DNA from: Pseudobdellovibrionaceae bacterium
GTDB lineage: Bacteria; Bdellovibrionota; Bdellovibrionia; Bdellovibrionales; Bdellovibrionaceae
Assembly: GCA_039810425.1 (NCBI GenBank)
Contig: JBDHWW010000011.1
Location: forward strand, 1-64,000
Length of the DNA: 64,000 bases
Direction: 5' to 3'
The notes under the pieces were generated by a model. It saw only the letters and a program-made list of their open reading frames with translations. It was not told where the DNA came from and did no database searches. This document shows, in pieces, positions 62,576 to 64,000 of this stretch (its first letter is position 1; every line of letters begins with the position of its first letter). A program made the translations under genes and the position numbers.

Positions 62576-64000
62576 TTATGGCATAAATTTCAGCCATTTG
62601 AAGTAAGCTTCTGAAGAGTCCTCAGTGTCATTGGAGTCGTGTTGGATTGTGATGCCCACGATGTCCATGTCTTCGACTTTCCTATTCGGGAACGCAAGCT
62701 TTAAATCTTCAGCGAGATTGCGCTCGAACAATTGCGGCTTACCGAGCATATCTGGATTGTTGAGCACCAACTGTTTTGCTTCCGGCAATGTCGCAACCAC
62801 GATGTTTTTATTCGAATACCAGTTCTCAAAGATGTCACCGGCTTTACGGTTTTCACCCGGTACTGGATCGCCCCAGTAGTAACCAAATAAGAAAACCCTA
62901 TCGTTCTTCGCATCAACCAAAGCGCGGTTGTCATTAGCACGGCCATCGCGGATTGTGAACCAAACTTGGAAAGCCGAATCATCTTTACCCGTGTGGCCTT
63001 TCACGGGGTCCGCACCATTCACACCTTTAGTTACAGCAAGCTTCAAAGACATTTTGCTGAACTCAATCGGTGAAAATCTGTAAGAAAGAGTCGTCATGCG
63101 GATCGAGTTGTTCAAGCTTCTCATCGCGACCCAGTCTTTTTCCCCGTTGAAATCAGAGTTAATGTAACCATAATTCTTATTGTCATCGTTACCGAGTGGC
63201 GAACGAGATTCATAGTTAAACTGGTGATCCATACGGAAGTGCACCATATTTTTATGATGAAATTCCATGTTGATGCCTTGAGGTAGGTTTTTAGCACTCA
63301 CTGGGGTTACGCTTGTTGCAGACATGATATCCGGTAACTTTTGCACATCCAGGATTCCATAAGGATCGTACTTGATCTGTGACGGCGGCAGAGTCACTTG
63401 TGGTTGGTAGTCGTCCGCAGGATCATTGACCGGTGGCAAAAGTAGGTGGTTGAGTTCCCAGGTTTGCGAGTAAGGGGAGATATCGCCACGCTCAGTGACG
63501 ATGTTTGAATTCAAGTGTACGCGCTGAATAAGACCCTTTTTTGTTATACGATAATACATACGGTCCCGCAGCGGATGAGCATTGGCAGCCGTCAAGATCG
63601 CGTTTGTATTCCACTGCATATTGGTTTGATCGTTATTTGCATCTAATTCACCCAGAGTATTCACAAGGCCTTTCATGAAGGCCTTTTGGTTAAAGCGAGA
63701 TGCCAAGATACCAGCCAAGTGATCGGCTCTCATGGTGCCAAGATCTAACGCTGCCAAATTGTCTGGGAATTTCGATGAAGAGGTCGTAACGACGCCGTCG
63801 TTGTTTTCGTCAAACTGAGCAATGAGCTTTGTTGCTTTCATAAAGATATGAGAATCTTCAGGATCGCTTTCGAAAGTCACAGAGTAGTAACGAGTCAGAC
63901 CAATGAGAGATCTTTCGTTCTTTCTCCAGAAGCTTTGCATCGCGCTTGGATCCAGTGATTTCGCAGCGGCCTTTTCGTTTTTGCAAATTCCAGGTCCGTC
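62576..64000 (-). CDS. partial gene (5' end outside the window) with C-terminal DUF3047-like domain
   Basis: Frame stays open to the window edge; C-terminal DDSAFQVW, YYWG, FERNLAEDLKLAF, IVGITIQHDSNDT...AYF. Confidence 0.65.
   Translation of the reverse strand, partial: DGPGICKNEKAAAKSLDPSAMQSFWRKNERSLIGLTRYYSVTFESDPEDSHIFMKATKLIAQFDENNDGVVTTSSSKFPDNLAALDLGTMRADHLAGILASRFNQKAFMKGLVNTLGELDANNDQTNMQWNTNAILTAANAHPLRDRMYYRITKKGLIQRVHLNSNIVTERGDISPYSQTWELNHLLLPPVNDPADDYQPQVTLPPSQIKYDPYGILDVQKLPDIMSATSVTPVSAKNLPQGINMEFHHKNMVHFRMDHQFNYESRSPLGNDDNKNYGYINSDFNGEKDWVAMRSLNNSIRMTTLSYRFSPIEFSKMSLKLAVTKGVNGADPVKGHTGKDDSAFQVWFTIRDGRANDNRALVDAKNDRVFLFGYYWGDPVPGENRKAGDIFENWYSNKNIVVATLPEAKQLVLNNPDMLGKPQLFERNLAEDLKLAFPNRKVEDMDIVGITIQHDSNDTEDSSEAYFKWLKFMP

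Overview
A 64 kb chromosomal window, about 48% GC by eye, densely coding. Gene content strongly suggests a Bdellovibrio-like predator (Bdellovibrionota); this is an inference from the TIGR02147-type HTH protein, the FQNC-type lipobox, an MRP-like full-length ABC transporter, an spd-type EF-G and many secreted proteases and orphan secreted proteins. Housekeeping genes: tRNA-Pro(TGG), rpsR, rpmB, a displaced and shortened rplX, a Nit hydrolase, ETF-QO, a THUMP methyltransferase, lpxD, infA, tex, topA, prc, 2-oxoacid dehydrogenase E1 alpha/beta, pyrE, cutA, a CNNM/CBS protein, an OmpA-family lipoprotein, an S1 paralog, fusA, recQ, aat and an ABC-F. These alternate with accessory secreted and lipoprotein modules. 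I saw no CRISPR array, transposase, integrase or prophage gene. Best leads: (1) a predicted lipoprotein ending in an FrpC-type Asp-Pro self-processing ('clip-and-link') module behind a sigma54-like promoter, which could covalently tether a predator surface protein to a target; (2) a sigma54-type operon encoding a large secreted kinase-like (possibly pseudokinase) protein, a subtilisin, a lipoprotein and a Pro/Arg-rich secreted protein; (3) two small ORFs missing from the ORF track, a 30-aa very basic protein after tex and a 27-aa leader peptide before the MRP-like transporter; (4) a HAD-like protein with a C-terminal beta-clamp-binding-like motif; (5) a regulator plus HExxH/beta-barrel fusion plus lipoprotein cassette behind a very AT-rich promoter region. 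All family assignments come from motif recognition by eye; no database search was run.
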